Assembly: GCF_964213995.1 (NCBI RefSeq)
Contig: NC_135806.1
Span: forward strand, 40,920,001-40,984,000
Reading direction: 5' to 3'
DNA length: 64,000 bases
DNA from: Mustelus asterias
Lineage: Eukaryota
The position numbers were made by a program, and so were the translations under genes. This document shows positions 11,060-23,882 of the stretch, one piece after another; positions within the stretch are counted from its first letter, which is position 1, and the number at the start of each line of letters is the position of its first letter. Under the pieces are notes generated by a model. That model had not been told where the DNA came from and searched no databases. It worked only from the letters and a program-made list of their open reading frames with translations.

Positions 11060-14000
11060 CGCTTCCCCCTTTAAGTTCCTGACTAACACATTTCAATAAC
11101 AATGGAACTATTTCCAATATTATGCAATAACTGGAACTCAAACACAGTCTCTTCTAAGGAAAGTTAGTCTGGGGACTTCCTGATCCTTTGGGAACGTTGT
11201 GATTAACGATCGGGTGCCCATCAGCAGAGGTAACTTTGGTTTGAATCTCAATGTGTTGACTCTCAATTTGCAAAGGTGCGTCAGTGCAGATAAGCTCTCC
11301 AGATTCCATTGGAACATTACTTGTCTTTTCCTCTGGGCAGTTTGCTGCAGCATTAGTTTCATCCATTGCAATGTCACTAACAGGCATACTGGGACGGCCT
11401 CACCCATTGGTTCTGCGGGCAATTCTCCTCGTCTTAAATGATCCAAGTGTTTCTTCACCCTTTTTCCCTGAGCATCTACTTCATACAACTCTGGCCCTGT
11501 TCTGGGCATGACCGTTCCAGGGTTCCAGTTCGGACCAACACCAAAATTCTTCACATATACCAAGTCATCCATCTCAAATGCTCTCTCCGTTCTGTTTGAG
11601 TAATGTCATTTCTTTGGTGCTTTTTATTTTGCCTCCATGCTCACTGCCAAATTTGGAAATATCAGATCCAACCTTGTTCTAATACATCTGTCCATGAGTA
11701 ACTTGGCGGGTGTAACTCCTGTGGCGACATGAGGTGTTGTTCTCTAAGTAATCAGGAAACAGTCAGTTTGGTTTGTCGAGAGGCTGATGACTGTTTTCTC
11801 ATGGGAGCTTTGAATGTTTGGGTGGCTCACCCAGCCGGTCCATTTGAAGCAGGCTGATGGGGAGCTGTACGAATATCTAGAAGGCTGTTGGTTCACATGT
11901 ACTGCTGGAATTCTTCACTAGTGAACAATCCCATTATCGGAGACGAGCACCTCTGGCAACCGGTGGGTGGCAAGTGTCTGTTGCTATTTCTCTACCATTG
12001 TGAACAAGGTCGTCGACCTCGTTTTGTGTCTGTCCAACCAGTTGGAGTGCGCATTTATTATGACCAGGAACGTGCTGCCCATGAATGGGCCCACAAAATC
12101 AACATGAAGTTGAATCCAAGGCTGACCTGACCACTCCCAAGGGTGCAGTAAGGCCACAGGTGGCAGTTTTTGCTACATTTGATATCGGTCACCTTGTTTT
12201 GACCAGATTCTCTATATCAGTATCTATCCCGGGCCACCACATGTAACTGCATCCGAGCATCTTTATCTTTGCCATCTCAGGATGGGCACAGTGTAAGTCT
12301 TGTAATAATAACCTTCAAGCGGCAGTGGAAACAACCACCCATGCTCTCCCAACAACACCATGTCGTCTTCACAAATTAATTCATCTTTTATCTGAAAGGG
12401 TCTGAACTGTTCAGACCTGTTGTCATAAAGTCAGCCGTGGAGGATCATATGTTTAATTTTAGCTAATATGGGGTCCAGAGGTTAACCTGACATGCCGATA
12501 TGGGCAATGTATCAAAAGTTTAGAGCAGGAACAATTTCCTGTGGCACTGCAGAGGTGGCATACTGCCTGGTCACAGAAGGTGGCTTAAAGCGTCAACGTC
12601 TGATATGTGTGTTGAAAGGTATACTCAGAGGCTGCTAACTATAGAGCCCAGCGTTGGACCCTAGAGTCTAATAGCCTTGTCCTTGCTAAATAATCCTTAT
12701 AAGGGTTTGTGGTCAGTAACTACTATGAAGTGCCAGCCATAAACGTACTGATGGAATTTCTTCACTCCATGGGTTATGGCTAGTCCCTCTTTTTCGATTT
12801 GGGAATAAGCTTTTTCAGCATCGGTTAGAGTTGGGTGGTTAACCTTTCTGTACCATCTTCCATCCAATGCAATAAAACCACTCTGATTCCATACAGAGAC
12901 AGGTTGCAGGTAAGAATCATCTCTTTTGAGTGAGCAAAATGAACTAAGTGAGTGGATGACCTCAAAGCTAGTTTAACCTGTTCAAAAGCTTCTTTCTGAT
13001 GTTCTCTGCAATACCACCTCTGATATTTCTTCAGCAGTGTGTGTAGAGATGCCAACATTGCTGAAAGATTAGGAATAAATGCCGTAATAATTCACCATTC
13101 CTAAAACAGATTTCAATTCTGAAACATTTTTAGAAGCCGGTGCTTTCTTGATTGCTTTTATTTTTTCTTCCATTGGGTGCAGTCCTTGGACGTCAATTTT
13201 AAATCCGAAGTACGTTACTTCATGAGCTTGGAATGTGAACTTTTCTCTATCAAGCCTTACTCCAGTCTTCTTAAATGTTTTAAAAGTTCTTTGAGATTTG
13301 CTAGATGCTCTTCTTTGGATGCTCCTGTAATCAGTACATAATCCAGATCAACAACCACCTTAGCGAGGTCCTGCAGTAAACTTTCTATCATATGCTGAAA
13401 AATTGCACATGTTGATGAGACTCCAAAGGGTAGCTGGGTATATGATTTTTTTGCATATTGAGAGCCATGAATTCTCTAGATGTCTCGTCTGATACTCATG
13501 GCTCCTATCAAGTTTAGTGTACGTTAAACCTTGTACAAATTTGGCATATAAATCTTCAATTTTTGGTATTGTGTACTGGTCTAATTTGGCCACCTGATTC
13601 AGGGTTAATTTGCAGTCTCCGCATATCCTGATGGTTCCATCAGGTTTGAGCACTGGCATAATGGGAACCGCCCATTCCGAAAATTGCACAGGCTTGATGG
13701 TGCCTATTCTTCTAACCACTTGAGTTCAGACTCAACCTTCTCATGTAAAGTATAGGGAATAGGTCGGGATCTGTAAAACTTAGGCTTGGCCTCAGGATCC
13801 ATGTAGATTTTACTTTTAGATCCTTGCCTACCTTGTCTTGGAACATCTAATTTTTTTTAAGATGTCATGAAAATCTCCTTTTGTTCATTTTGAATATTCT
13901 GAGTCAACTTAATCTGATTTTGCGAAGCCAATCTCGGCCCATCAGGCTTGGCTCTTGCCCCCACCCCTTTCCCCCACTACTATTAAAGGCAGCTGAGCTG

Positions 14001-14192
14001 GCTGGTGGCGATAGCTTACGGGCATTGTTATTGTTCCCAGGATCTTTAAAGGTTCCCCGGTATATGTGACCAGCCTGGTAATCATGCTTTTTAACTTAAG
14101 GTAATTACGCCACCCTGTAGATAATGATACATATTTCCCCCCCTATAACTATAATGGAGGCCCTGTGTCCACCTCTGAGTGGCTGACCATTT
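10841..14192 (-). mobile_element. Decayed Gypsy LTR retrotransposon (protease-RT-RNaseH-integrase, 3' LTR)
   Basis: IKPVQFSEWAVPIMPVLKPDGTIRICGD (RT), RNase H remnants at 12600-13060, integrase C-terminus VYVKNFGVGPNW..G; PPT AAAGGGGGAAG at 11062-11072. Confidence 0.92.
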
Positions 14193-14270
14193 AGACCATA
14201 GACCATAAGACATTGGAGCAGAATTAGGCCACTCGGCCCATCGAGTCTGGTCCGCTATTCAATCATGGCT
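14193..14270 (-). mobile_element. CR1 3' tail
   Basis: Reverse complement of AGCCATGATTGAATAGCGG...GATGGGCCGAGTGGCCTAATTCTGCTCC plus a short TATGGTC repeat tail. Confidence 0.85.
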
Positions 14271-14730
14271 GAGGGGGGGGGGGGGGGGGGGGGCGGTGGT
14301 GAGTGAGGCCAGATCGTTGTCTGGTGGGGGGGGGGTGGGGTGGGGGAGGCCCGATCGCTCACTGGTGGGGGAAGGAGGCAGATGGATCTCTGGTGGGGGA
14401 GCAGATGGATCTCTGGTGGGGGGGCAGATGGATCTCTGGTGGGGGGGGGGGTGGGGCAGATGGATCTCTGGTGGGGGAGGAGGCAGATGGATATCTGGTG
14501 GGGGAGCAGATGGATATCTGGTGGTGGGGGGGGGGGCAGATGGATCTCTGGTGGAGGAGGAGGCAGATGGATATCTGGTGGGGGAGCAGATGGATCTCTG
14601 GTGGGGGGGGGCAGATGGATATCTGGTGGTGGGGGGGCAGATGGAACTCTGGTGGAGGAGGAGGCAGATGGATCTCTGGTGGGGGAGCAGATGGATCTCT
14701 GGTGGGGGGGGCAGATGGATCTCTGATGGG
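14271..14730. repeat. G-rich VNTR, ~24-30-bp unit GCAGATGGATCTCTGGTGG(G/A)n, preceded by poly-G
   Basis: About 13 copies of GCAGATGGAT(C/A)TCTGGTGG between 14378 and 14730. Confidence 0.9.
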
Positions 14731-14822
14731 GCGTGGGGGGGAGGGGGGGTCCGCTGCCACTCTGCGGGCGATCAGCGGGGGGGAGGGGGGCAGGAGTGGT
14801 GATCGGTCTGGGTGGCGGGATG

Positions 14823-15056
14823 GGTGGATAAGGGGGACAGTGATGTGTGTGGGTAGTGGGGGAGGGGTTGATAAGGGGGACAGTGATGTCTGTGGGTAGG
14901 GGGGGGCCGTTAAGGGGGACAGTGATGTGTGTGGGTAGTGGGGGTTGGATAAGGGGGACAGTGATGTCTGTGGGTAGTAGAGTGGGTGGATAAGGGGGAC
15001 AGTGATGTGTGTGGGTAGTGGGGGAGCGGATAAGGGGGACAGTGATGTCTGTGGGA
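14823..15056. repeat. ~38-42-bp VNTR GGATAAGGGGGACAGTGATGT(G/C)TGTGGGTAG
   Basis: 6 copies visible. Confidence 0.9.
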
Positions 15057-15937
15057 GCCATCGCTCCCGCCTTTCGCTCCTGGGCCGCTTTCTCTGCTTT
15101 CTGCGGCCCGAGAGCGACCTGACACGGGTATTACGTTGAAAGTGGAAACATACAAGATGGCAAAGATTAGTGGGATAGATTCCGAATGCAGCAAAGATGG
15201 ACCAAAAAATTATCAGGAGAACCAGTTGATGTTGTATATTTAGATTTCCAAAGGGCTTTTCATAAAGTGCCACACAAAAGGCTATTACACAAGATAGGAG
15301 CTCATGGTGTTGGAGGTAATATTCTGGCATGGATAGAGGATTGGCTGACTCACAGGAAGCAGCGGGTAGTGATAAGAAGGCCTTTTTCAGGCTGGAGTGC
15401 CACAGGGATCAATGCTGGGACCACAGCTCTTCACAATATACATTGGTGATTTGGAGGAAGGACCAGAGTGGCTAAATTTGCGGATGATACAAAAATAGAA
15501 GGGAAGGCAGGTTGTAAGGAGGATGTAAAAAGATTACAGGAAGATATTGACAGGTTAAGTGAGTGGGCAGAAAATTGACAAACAGAATTCAATGTGGGAA
15601 AATATGATTTTGGAAGAAAGAATGAGAAGTCAGATTCTTATTTAAATGGAGAGAGATTGCAGAAAGCTTTAGCACAAAGGGACTTGAGAGTCCTTGTTCA
15701 TGAAACCCAGTAAGCTAGCACACAAATGCAGAAGGTAATAGGGAAAGCAGATGGAATGCTGGTTTTTATTTCAGGGGGGCTGGAGTATAAAAGCTAAGAG
15801 CTGTTGCTGCGTCGGTACAAAGAACTAATGAAGCTATATTTAGAATATTGTGTACAGTTTTGATCCCCTTACTTAAGAAAAGATACATTATTATTAGAGG
15901 TTGTTTATAAGAGGTTTACTAGGATGCTCCCGGACAT

Positions 15938-17325
15938 GAACAAAGAACAAAGAAAAGTACAGCACAGAAATAGGCCCTTCGGCCCTCCAAGCCCCGTGCC
16001 AATCATGATGCCCTAACTAAACTAAAAACAAAAACCTTCTGGCCTTACTCGCTCCATATCCCTCTATTCCCTCCCTATTCATGTACCCATCCAGATACCT
16101 CTTAAATGTTGCTAAAGCGCCTGCTTCCACCACCTCCTCTGGCAGCGCGTTCCAGGCACCCACCACTCTCTGCGTGAAAAACTTCCCCCGCACATCTCCC
16201 TTAAACCTCCCCCCCTCACCTTGGACCTGTGCCCCTTGTAATTGACACTTCCACCCTGGGAAAAATCCTCTGACTATCCGGCACGGTAACACAGTGGTTA
16301 GCACTGCTGCTTCACAGCTCCAGGGTCCCGGGTTCGATTCCTGGCTCGGGTCACTGTCTGCGTGGAGTTTGCACATTCTCCTCGTGTCTGCGTGGGTTTC
16401 CTCCAGGTGCTCCAGTTTCCTCCCACAGTCCAAGGATGTGCGGGTTAGGTTGATTGGCCAGGTTAAAAATTGCCCCTTAGAGTCCTGAGATGCGTAGGTT
16501 AGAGGGATTAGCGGGTAAATATGTGGGGGTAGGGCCTGGGTGGGATTGTGGTCGGTGCAGACTCGATGGGCCGAATGGCCTCCTTCTGCACTGTTGGGAT
16601 TCTATCCTGTCTATGCCTCTCATAATTTTGTAGACCTCTATCAGGTCTCCCCTCAGCCTTCGTCTTTCCAGTGAAAACAATCCTAGTTTATTCAACCTCT
16701 CCTCATAGCCAACACCCTTGAGACCAGGCAACATTCTAGTGAACCTTCTTTGCACTCTCTCCAAAACTTCTATGTCCTTCTAGTAGTATCGTGACCAGAA
16801 CTGCACACAATACTCCAAATGCAGCCTCACCAAGATTTTATATAGGCGCAACATGATTTCCCAGCTCTTGTACTCAATGCCCGGCTGATGAAGACAAGCA
16901 TGCCATAAGCTTTCTTAATCACCTTGGCTACTTGTGTTGCCACTTTTAGGGAACTGTGAACCTGCATGCCCAGATCCCTCTGTATGTTAATGTTCCTAAT
17001 AGTTCTGCCATTTACAGTATAATTTGCACCAAAATTTAATCCTCCAAAACCACCTCACATTTGTTCAGATTAAACTCCTTCTGCCATTCCTGTGTCCAAG
17101 TCTCCAATCGATCTATCCTGTCGTATCCTCTGACCATCCCTGGCACTATCTGTAACTCCACCAATCTTCGTGTCATCCACAAACTTACTAATCAGACCAC
17201 CCACATTTTCCTCCAAATCATTTATATATTCTACAAACAACAGAGGTCCCAGCACTGATCCATGTGGAACACCGCTAGCTACAGATCTCCATTCTGAAAA
17301 ACACCCTTACTCTCTGTCTTCTGAA
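15938..17325 (-). mobile_element. 5'-truncated CR1 nested in the opposite orientation
   Basis: LGPLLFVEYINDL..ISKFVDDTKIGG and [13 protein letters not shown]; (TTCTTTG)n tail at 15938-15955. Confidence 0.9.
16280..16601 (+). mobile_element. HE1-type SINE nested in CR1
   Basis: TSD CTATCC at 16274-16279 and 16602-16607. Confidence 0.92.
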
Positions 17326-19261
17326 CCAAGCCAGGGACTACCATATGAGGAAAGATTAAACAGGTTGGGTCTGTATTCCTTGGAGCTCAGGAGAATGAGA
17401 GGTGATATGATTGAAACATATAAGATTCTTAGGGGGTTAGACAGGGTAAATGATGGGAGGATGTTTCCACTCACGGGAGAGTGTAAGAGGCGGGTATAGT
17501 TGCAGAATAAGGGGATGCTCATTTAAGACACATTTGAGGAAGAATTTCTTCTCTCAAAGAGTGGTGAATCTTTGGAATTCTTTACCCCAAGAACTGTTGA
17601 GGCGAGTTATTAAACATTTTCAAGGCTGAGATCAATGTGTTTTTAATCAGTGGGGGAATTAATGGTTACGGAGAGAAAGCAGGAAAGTGGACTTTGTGAG
17701 TGTTAGATCAGCCATGATCTTATTAAATGGTGCAGCAGGCTCAAAGGGCTGAATGGCCTACTCCTGGTCCAACAGTGCAGCACTCCTTTCATACTGCACT
17801 GGAGTGGCAGAAAGATTTTGTGCTCATGTCTCTGACCTGCAGTTTGGAACCACAACGTTCTGACTCAGAAGGCAACCTTGCTACCATCAGTGCCACAGCT
17901 ATCACCTTAACGCCAATAGTTATCAATTGTTGAATGCAAGTAGATTGAAGTATTTTTAATTAACATGCTACTGGGGTTAGCAGCAATCACTCTCACAGAA
18001 TTGTGCTGTCCGATGGCAGCTGGGCTCAGCTCATACATCAAACTAAAGTTTAACATTTAAAATAGAATTGGAATAGCATTGGAAAAGGAAAATCATCAAA
18101 GGATAAGGGAAAAGAGTAGGGAAATGGGATTAAAATTAAGAATTGGCGCTAACATAGGGAGGTGGACTTTGGCTATGTTGCAATTTGTGTGATTTACTGA
18201 AATCTGGAGCCTGGGTTAATGGCATTTTCCAGTGTACATTTACCCAATGACTTAACCGGTAGGGGAGGTGATAAAGTTACTTGGGTAAATTTGTTAAAGT
18301 CACTTTTAACTGAAAGAATATATTTAAGATCTCTTGCATCAAAGCCATTGTGAAGAGTCTGGACATCATCTACTGCCACAAGCTACATCCTGCTTTCAGC
18401 TTTTGAAACATCTTTCAGGATGTAAATTTGGGGTCTAAATTCGTTACACCCTCTTTGTAGGTCTGGAACACACACAAAACTGCATGGTTGTTAGGGTCAC
18501 TGCTACATTGGTTGAGGTGTTCGTTTATATAAATCTAGCAGGTTTTTGATTTCGAAATGAGGTTCCTGCAACAAATTCAGAATCAGATTAAATGAGTTCC
18601 GCCCCACCACCAATGGATTGTGAGCAGTCTAATCCGGGTCCTAAAGGGGCAACTGACGACTGCTCAAAAGAAAATCTTTCAAAATATCACCATTTTGTAG
18701 AGTTGGAAGAAGCAGTTCTCCTGACTCCATAAAACAACTGTGAGTCCACCCTCAGCACCCTCCCTATCGCCTTCTCCCTGAACTTACCCGATTTTAGCGT
18801 GGAACACAACTAGTAAAGCACCAAACAAATTGATCAGGCTGCCTGAATGGTGTCCTCAGCTTGCCTGAATTATTTTGGTGAGGCCAATATGATGAGAACA
18901 AATTTACATCAATCTCAGACCTCTTCATTTCAGCTTGAGGTGCCTATTAATTTAGGGACCAATATGACCAAGAAGCATGGGCAGCCCACACCAGATCTTG
19001 ACCTGGGGAGGCTCAGAGCCAATAGTCGATACTTGTACCTCAAGGCCCATCAAGGTCTTCTGTCAACTCATTACAGGAAGCTTATTGGCTTTCTGGTTGT
19101 TTGCATGGATATATCATTTGTGTATGGGATCACATGTTCAGAGTGGTTCACAATGTCTGCAATTAATTACCTGAACTTGGATGAAGACTCCCCAGGCTTC
19201 AGACAAACCCAGGCAAAGGACAGCAAGCAAATCCTCATATTGACCAAAGCAGTTTTCAAAG

Positions 19262-19622
19262 GAAAAGACTTGCATTTATACACTGTTTTGCTTAACATTA
19301 GGACTTCGCAAAGTACTTTGCAGTAATCTTTGTTGCAATGTGGAGAAATGTGTCAGCTAACTTGCACACGGCAAGCTCCTAGAAATAACACTGAGATACT
19401 TCATCAATTAATCTGTTTTCTCAGTTACTTTTAATTATGCTGAGGGATGAAGTTAGGAGAACTCCTTAGTCTTTCTTTATAATAGTGCCTGTGAGATCTT
19501 TAATGCCCACCTGAGAGGGTAGATGAGGCCTCGGTTTAACCTCTTACCCTAAAGGTGGCACCTCAGACAGTGCAGCACTTCTTCAATACTGCATTGAAGT
19601 GTCAGTCTTGAGGTGCTCAAGC
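19262..19622 (-). mobile_element. Deu-domain SINE (SacSINE1/AmnSINE-like), old
   Basis: CCACCTGAGAGGGTAGATGAGGCCTCGGTTTAAC..GCACCTCAGACAGTGCAGCACT..ACTGCATTGAAGTGTCAG; related fragments at 17770-17900, 24745-25012, 29540-29660, 35300-35650. Confidence 0.65.
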
Positions 19623-20084
19623 TACTGTTGACACCTCCACACCGTCAACAATGATCCGCATTGCCATCCAATCAGTTGAAACTACAGCACACACATTTAA
19701 GACGAGTTCCTTTTGACTCTGAAATATTCTTTTGGCTTACAAGCCTACCAGTGTTGCATCTTTTTACTTAACTGGAGTGGCAGTATTAGTGAACCTGTCA
19801 TGTCTGGTGCTCTGACTGTGGTTCAGGCCTCCAGGCAGATGGTAAGACAAAGTTGAAGCCTGCTCAGTTTGATTATATTGAATCTGGCAGCTCTGACATA
19901 GCTGCTAGGCAGTGCAACTATAGACAGATCCAATCTCTGTGAGTTTCACATCCCCTAAGAATGTTCCAATGTGCAGTTATTTAATCATTAACACACAAGT
20001 TCCCAAACTTTTTTTTGCAGAGCCCCAACTTTGTAGATTCTTGTTCTATGTGTCGAGCCCCTCTCTTTCCAGGAAATGGAATTT

Positions 20085-21130
20085 TGCATAGGAACTGAAA
20101 TAGGTCATTTAGTCCCTTGAGCCTATCCCACTATCCAATGAGATCATGAATGATCAGTGACCTAACTTCATATACTAGTCTTTGTTCCACAAACCTTAAT
20201 ACCTTTGGAGTATAAAAATCTACTGATCTCAGATTTATAATTAACAACTGATCTAGTGTCAACTGCTGTTGGCAGAAGAGATTTCCAAATTTCTACAACC
20301 CTTTGCGTGCATGTTTTTCCTTATTTCACTCTTGGTTTGTCTCAAAAGTTTATACCATGTCCCCTAGTCCTAAAGTCCCCAAACACTGGAAATAGTTTGT
20401 CTCTATTTAGTCTTTCTGTTCCTCTTAATAATTTGAAAACTTTGATCAAATTACTCTTTAAACTTCTACGTTTCGGGGAATACAGCCAGTTTGTGGAATC
20501 TTTGCTCCTAATTGAACATTTGGAGTCCAGTTCGTTCTGGCAAGTCTACATTATACTCCCTCCAAGACCATTTTATTCTTCAAGTGGTGTGGTGCCCTGA
20601 TCACACTGATCTAGGCTTGATCTAAGCAGGCTGAAATATGACTTCTATCCTCTTGCATTCTATTCCTCGAGATAAAAAGGCCAATATTCCGATAACCATT
20701 TTGGTTATTTTCTCTACTTCTTCATAACATCTCATTGAATAATCCACCAGGATCATAAAGTTTCTTTGGATCTCCACCACTTCTAGCTTTTCACCAGTAA
20801 GAAAATATCTTGCTTAATCCTATTTAGATTCCAAGTAAATGATCACAATTGTCCAGATTGAAATCCATTTGCCACAGTTTTTCCCATTTCCCAACCTTTC
20901 AATATCTCTTCATAATGTTCCATCTATAATGCTTACATTGCTGCCTATCTTTGTGTTATTAGCAAATTGTCTCTTTCTGTCTCATCAGCTATGTCATTGG
21001 TAAATGCAGGATATAGCTGAGAACCCAACATGGGACACCACTGCCAATTGGAGTACCTACCCTTTATCTGGACTGTCTGCTGCTGCTTAGCTAAACTCTT
21101 AACCAGGTCAATAATTTGTCTTCAAATCTA
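20085..21130 (-). mobile_element. Old, highly diverged CR1 3' portion
   Basis: CR1-like tail at 20085-20160 and RT C-terminal remnants without an open frame. Confidence 0.7.
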
Positions 21131-21142
21131 TGGGGCAATCTT

Positions 21143-21352
21143 ACCATTGTCTGTATCTTTAAGACCTGGTTGGCTGTAGAGATTCACATTCTAATCAGTA
21201 TTCTGTAACTTGATTTTGTGTCTCTGTGTGCCCTGTTTGAGAGCAGATTTCCACTCCATCTGATGAAGGAGCAGCGCTCCGAAAGCTAATGGCATTTGCT
21301 ACCAAATAAACCTGTTGGACTTTAACCTGGTGTTGTTAAAACTCTTACTGTG
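21143..21352 (+). mobile_element. Penelope-like pLTR fragment (family A)
   Basis: Closely similar to 29233-29442 and ends at the same CTTACTGTG. Confidence 0.88.
21256..21292 (+). ncRNA. Minimal type I hammerhead ribozyme motif
   Basis: CCAT-CTGATGA-A-GGAGC(AGC)GCTCC-GAAA-GC-TA-ATGG: intact core, stems I and II, palindromic stem III. Confidence 0.8.
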
Positions 21353-21595
21353 GTCACAGATAGGCCAGATAGGTAATGATGACAGCATGTCCTTCCCTAA
21401 AGGACATTAGTGAAGCAGATGGGTTTTTACAAAACTTGACAATGGTTTTATTATCACCACTACTATGGCTAACTTTTCAATTTCAGATTATTAATTCAAG
21501 TTCCATAAACCATGATGGGATTTGAACTCTTGTCCCCAGAGCATTAGCCTGGGTGTCTGGATTACCATTACATTACCATTGCACCACCACTTCCC
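21353..21595 (-). mobile_element. tRNA-derived SINE (same family as 49205-49502)
   Basis: Reverse complement of CCCATCTGCTTCACTAATGTCCTTTAGGGAAGGA and a tRNA-like head near 21520-21590. Confidence 0.7.
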
Positions 21596-22004
21596 TAAAT
21601 TAGTAGCTCCAATTCATTCAATTTGTTCCTTTTACTCAGTGCATTTTTATAAAGAATGCCTATTTATGGCACACATGTTAATCATCATCATAGCATTCCG
21701 TATTTCTCTCTTCTGGTTTATATCTTTTAACTTACCCTTTATGCGTAATTTTAAAAGTATTTCATGGGGTGTGGGTATCACTGGTTAGGCTAGCATTTAT
21801 TGCCCATCCCTTCTTGAACCACTATAGGTCTTGTGGTGTAGGTACGTCCAAAGTGCTTTTGGGAAGGGAGTGCCTAAAGGACAATTTCTGACTGTTTCTC
21901 TTTTCCCTTTTGCTTGTTTTTGAAATATTACTTCACCATCAACCCAGAAATTTAACAGGACTAGCCATATAAATACAATATAAATACAATGGCAACAAGA
22001 GCAG

Positions 22005-22880
22005 GTACTCTCCAAATGGGACCCATTAACTACTCTTCCGTATGGTGGTTTCAAATGGATCACAATGACTGGTTCCTCCCCCAACCTCTCCCATACCCTT
22101 TCTATCTGCTGTGAGATGGCCCTCACTCTGAAACCAGGAATGCAATGTAACATATAAACTTAATCCTTTTTTCAAAGTGTCCCCTTAACAATTAGATCCC
22201 TTACTACTGCCACAAGATGTTTTCCCTCCTCCTCCCCACTCTTCCACCCTATCCTCCTCCCCACTTTGAACAGTTGCTCCGAGTTACCCTGGTCCACATT
22301 CTGACTATCTTTCTGACAGGCTTTATCCCTATCCTCCCTCACAGGTAGCATTGTAGTGTTGAATTGGATCATTTTCTCTGGATTCGCAATTTCACTTTCC
22401 TCTGCACACTATTAGTCACACAGATCCACATTCTAAACCTGGACCTTTCTACAAGATTAACTGAAATCTTGAGTAAACTGCTCCCACTCCCTTATGTGTC
22501 AACATGTTCCCAATTCGCACTCCAGCTCAATGATTCTGACCAAACGGATTTGAGAGAGAGAGACACCTATTGCAGAAGTGTTTGTTCAGTCTCACTGTCC
22601 ACAAACTGCCCTATACTGCAATCCAAATGCACAACCTGCTCTGCAGGTTATTTAGCACAAGTATCAGAAACAAAAAAGCTGCACTCCTTTCCCAACTTTG
22701 CAGTCCATTTATGCTGCATTCTTTTCACAACCAGTCTGCAGTGGCAGATACTGTTCACTTGTACAGGCCTTCTTTAGCCACACCCATCTTACAAGCTCTG
22801 CCTCAGATTCCTGCTCATAGTAATTAGCCGTGACTCAAGCAATGATTTACAGCTGATTGACGGTTCACTGCCTCTAGCAG
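22005..22880 (-). pseudogene. CR1-group LINE 5' region, ORF1 (SGNH esterase-like) relic
   Basis: VAVVRDLIVKG (resembles VVVGDSIVRG) and CIPGFRVRAISQQIERV..GEEPVIVIH (resembles CLPGARVxDI..GEQPVVVVH). Confidence 0.65.
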
Positions 22881-22954
22881 GCAATTTTTAGCTTGCGGTT
22901 GTGTACTTCATATTGCATGATTAATGTCTGTGTAGGTATCACTGATAGTCAATC

Positions 22955-23347
22955 TTTTTGACTAAGAAGTGAACTAAATCAAATTAACTGAGGGGGCAAA
23001 TTAAAAGGGGCAGCCTCCAAAAAGGGGAACCGCTCGAAACAGAAGACAAAGTGGAAAGGAAACTTAAAGCGTCAAACTAAAATATGATTAAAGGCATCGA
23101 TAATTCACCCCTGCCCCGCGGTGCCCAATGGGCATGGAAGGCATCAACAGTGCCCTCGGACGCCGCATGCTCCCTCTCCAGGGACACCTGGCCGTGAATG
23201 TAGCATCGGTAGAGGGCAGACAGTCAGGCCAGATGACCCCCTCAGTTACCTGCTGCTTGGACCTGTTTATGGCCCAGGAGAAGGTTCATAAGGAGGTCCT
23301 CTGCCTTTCCCGCTCCACTCCGCACCAAGTGTCCGTAGATCAGGAGG
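22955..23347 (-). pseudogene. Tx1/L1-clade LINE 3' end
   Basis: Minus-strand translation LLIYGHLVRSGAGKAEDLLMNLLLG ... PDCLPLYRCYIHGQVSLEREHAASEGTVDAFHAHWAP resembles the Tx1 ORF2 C-terminus. Confidence 0.65.
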
Positions 23348-23587
23348 GTGGGGTTTTTTTCAGAGCACTGAGTCCGTTTTGTCACTTTAACTGTTTAGTT
23401 CCCTTTCACTTTTAGATTTTAATATGGAATCCAATCCTATCATGACAGCTCACTGGCCGGGAACTTCTGAGATCAGTTCCCACTTTGCTGGTATTACTTT
23501 GTTGGAATTGCAGCAGAAATCCTGTTTAAATGCATAACAATCCGAGGAACCTTTCAGCCACTGTGTCTGCCATGCTCCACATACCTC

Positions 23588-23882
23588 TCATAGAACATAG
23601 AACATAGAACATTACAGCGCAGAACAGGCCCTTCGGCCCACGATGTTGCACCGACCAGTTAAAAAAAAAACTGTGACCCTCCAACCTAAACCAATTTCTT
23701 TTCGTCCATGAACCTATCTACGGATCTCTTAAACGCCCCCAAACTAGGCGCATTTACTACTGATGCTGGCAGGGCATTCCAATCCCTCACCACCCTCTGG
23801 GTAAAGAACCTACCCCTGACATCGGTTCTATAACTACCCCCCCTCAATTTAAAGCCATGCCCCCTCGTGCTGGATTTCTCCT
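23588..23882 (-). mobile_element. CR1 3' fragment
   Basis: (CATAGAA)n tail and reverse complement of FFTQRVVR.WNALP. Confidence 0.88.

Larger units (their letters stand above)
15140..17765 (+). mobile_element. Older CR1 LINE (RT to 3' end), split by a nested CR1 and SINE
   Basis: GEPVDVVYLDFQRAFHKVPHKRLL at 15215; resumes at ~17332 (GLPYEERLNRLGLYSLE) through the tail at 17765. Confidence 0.85.

Noticed and set aside
14255-15330. Proline- or glycine-rich ORFs (extensin/formin-like)
   Set aside because: Translations of G/C-rich VNTRs open in nearly all frames
18560-19326. 159-aa ORF and surrounding sequence
   Set aside because: No recognisable motif; probably an old unclassified repeat
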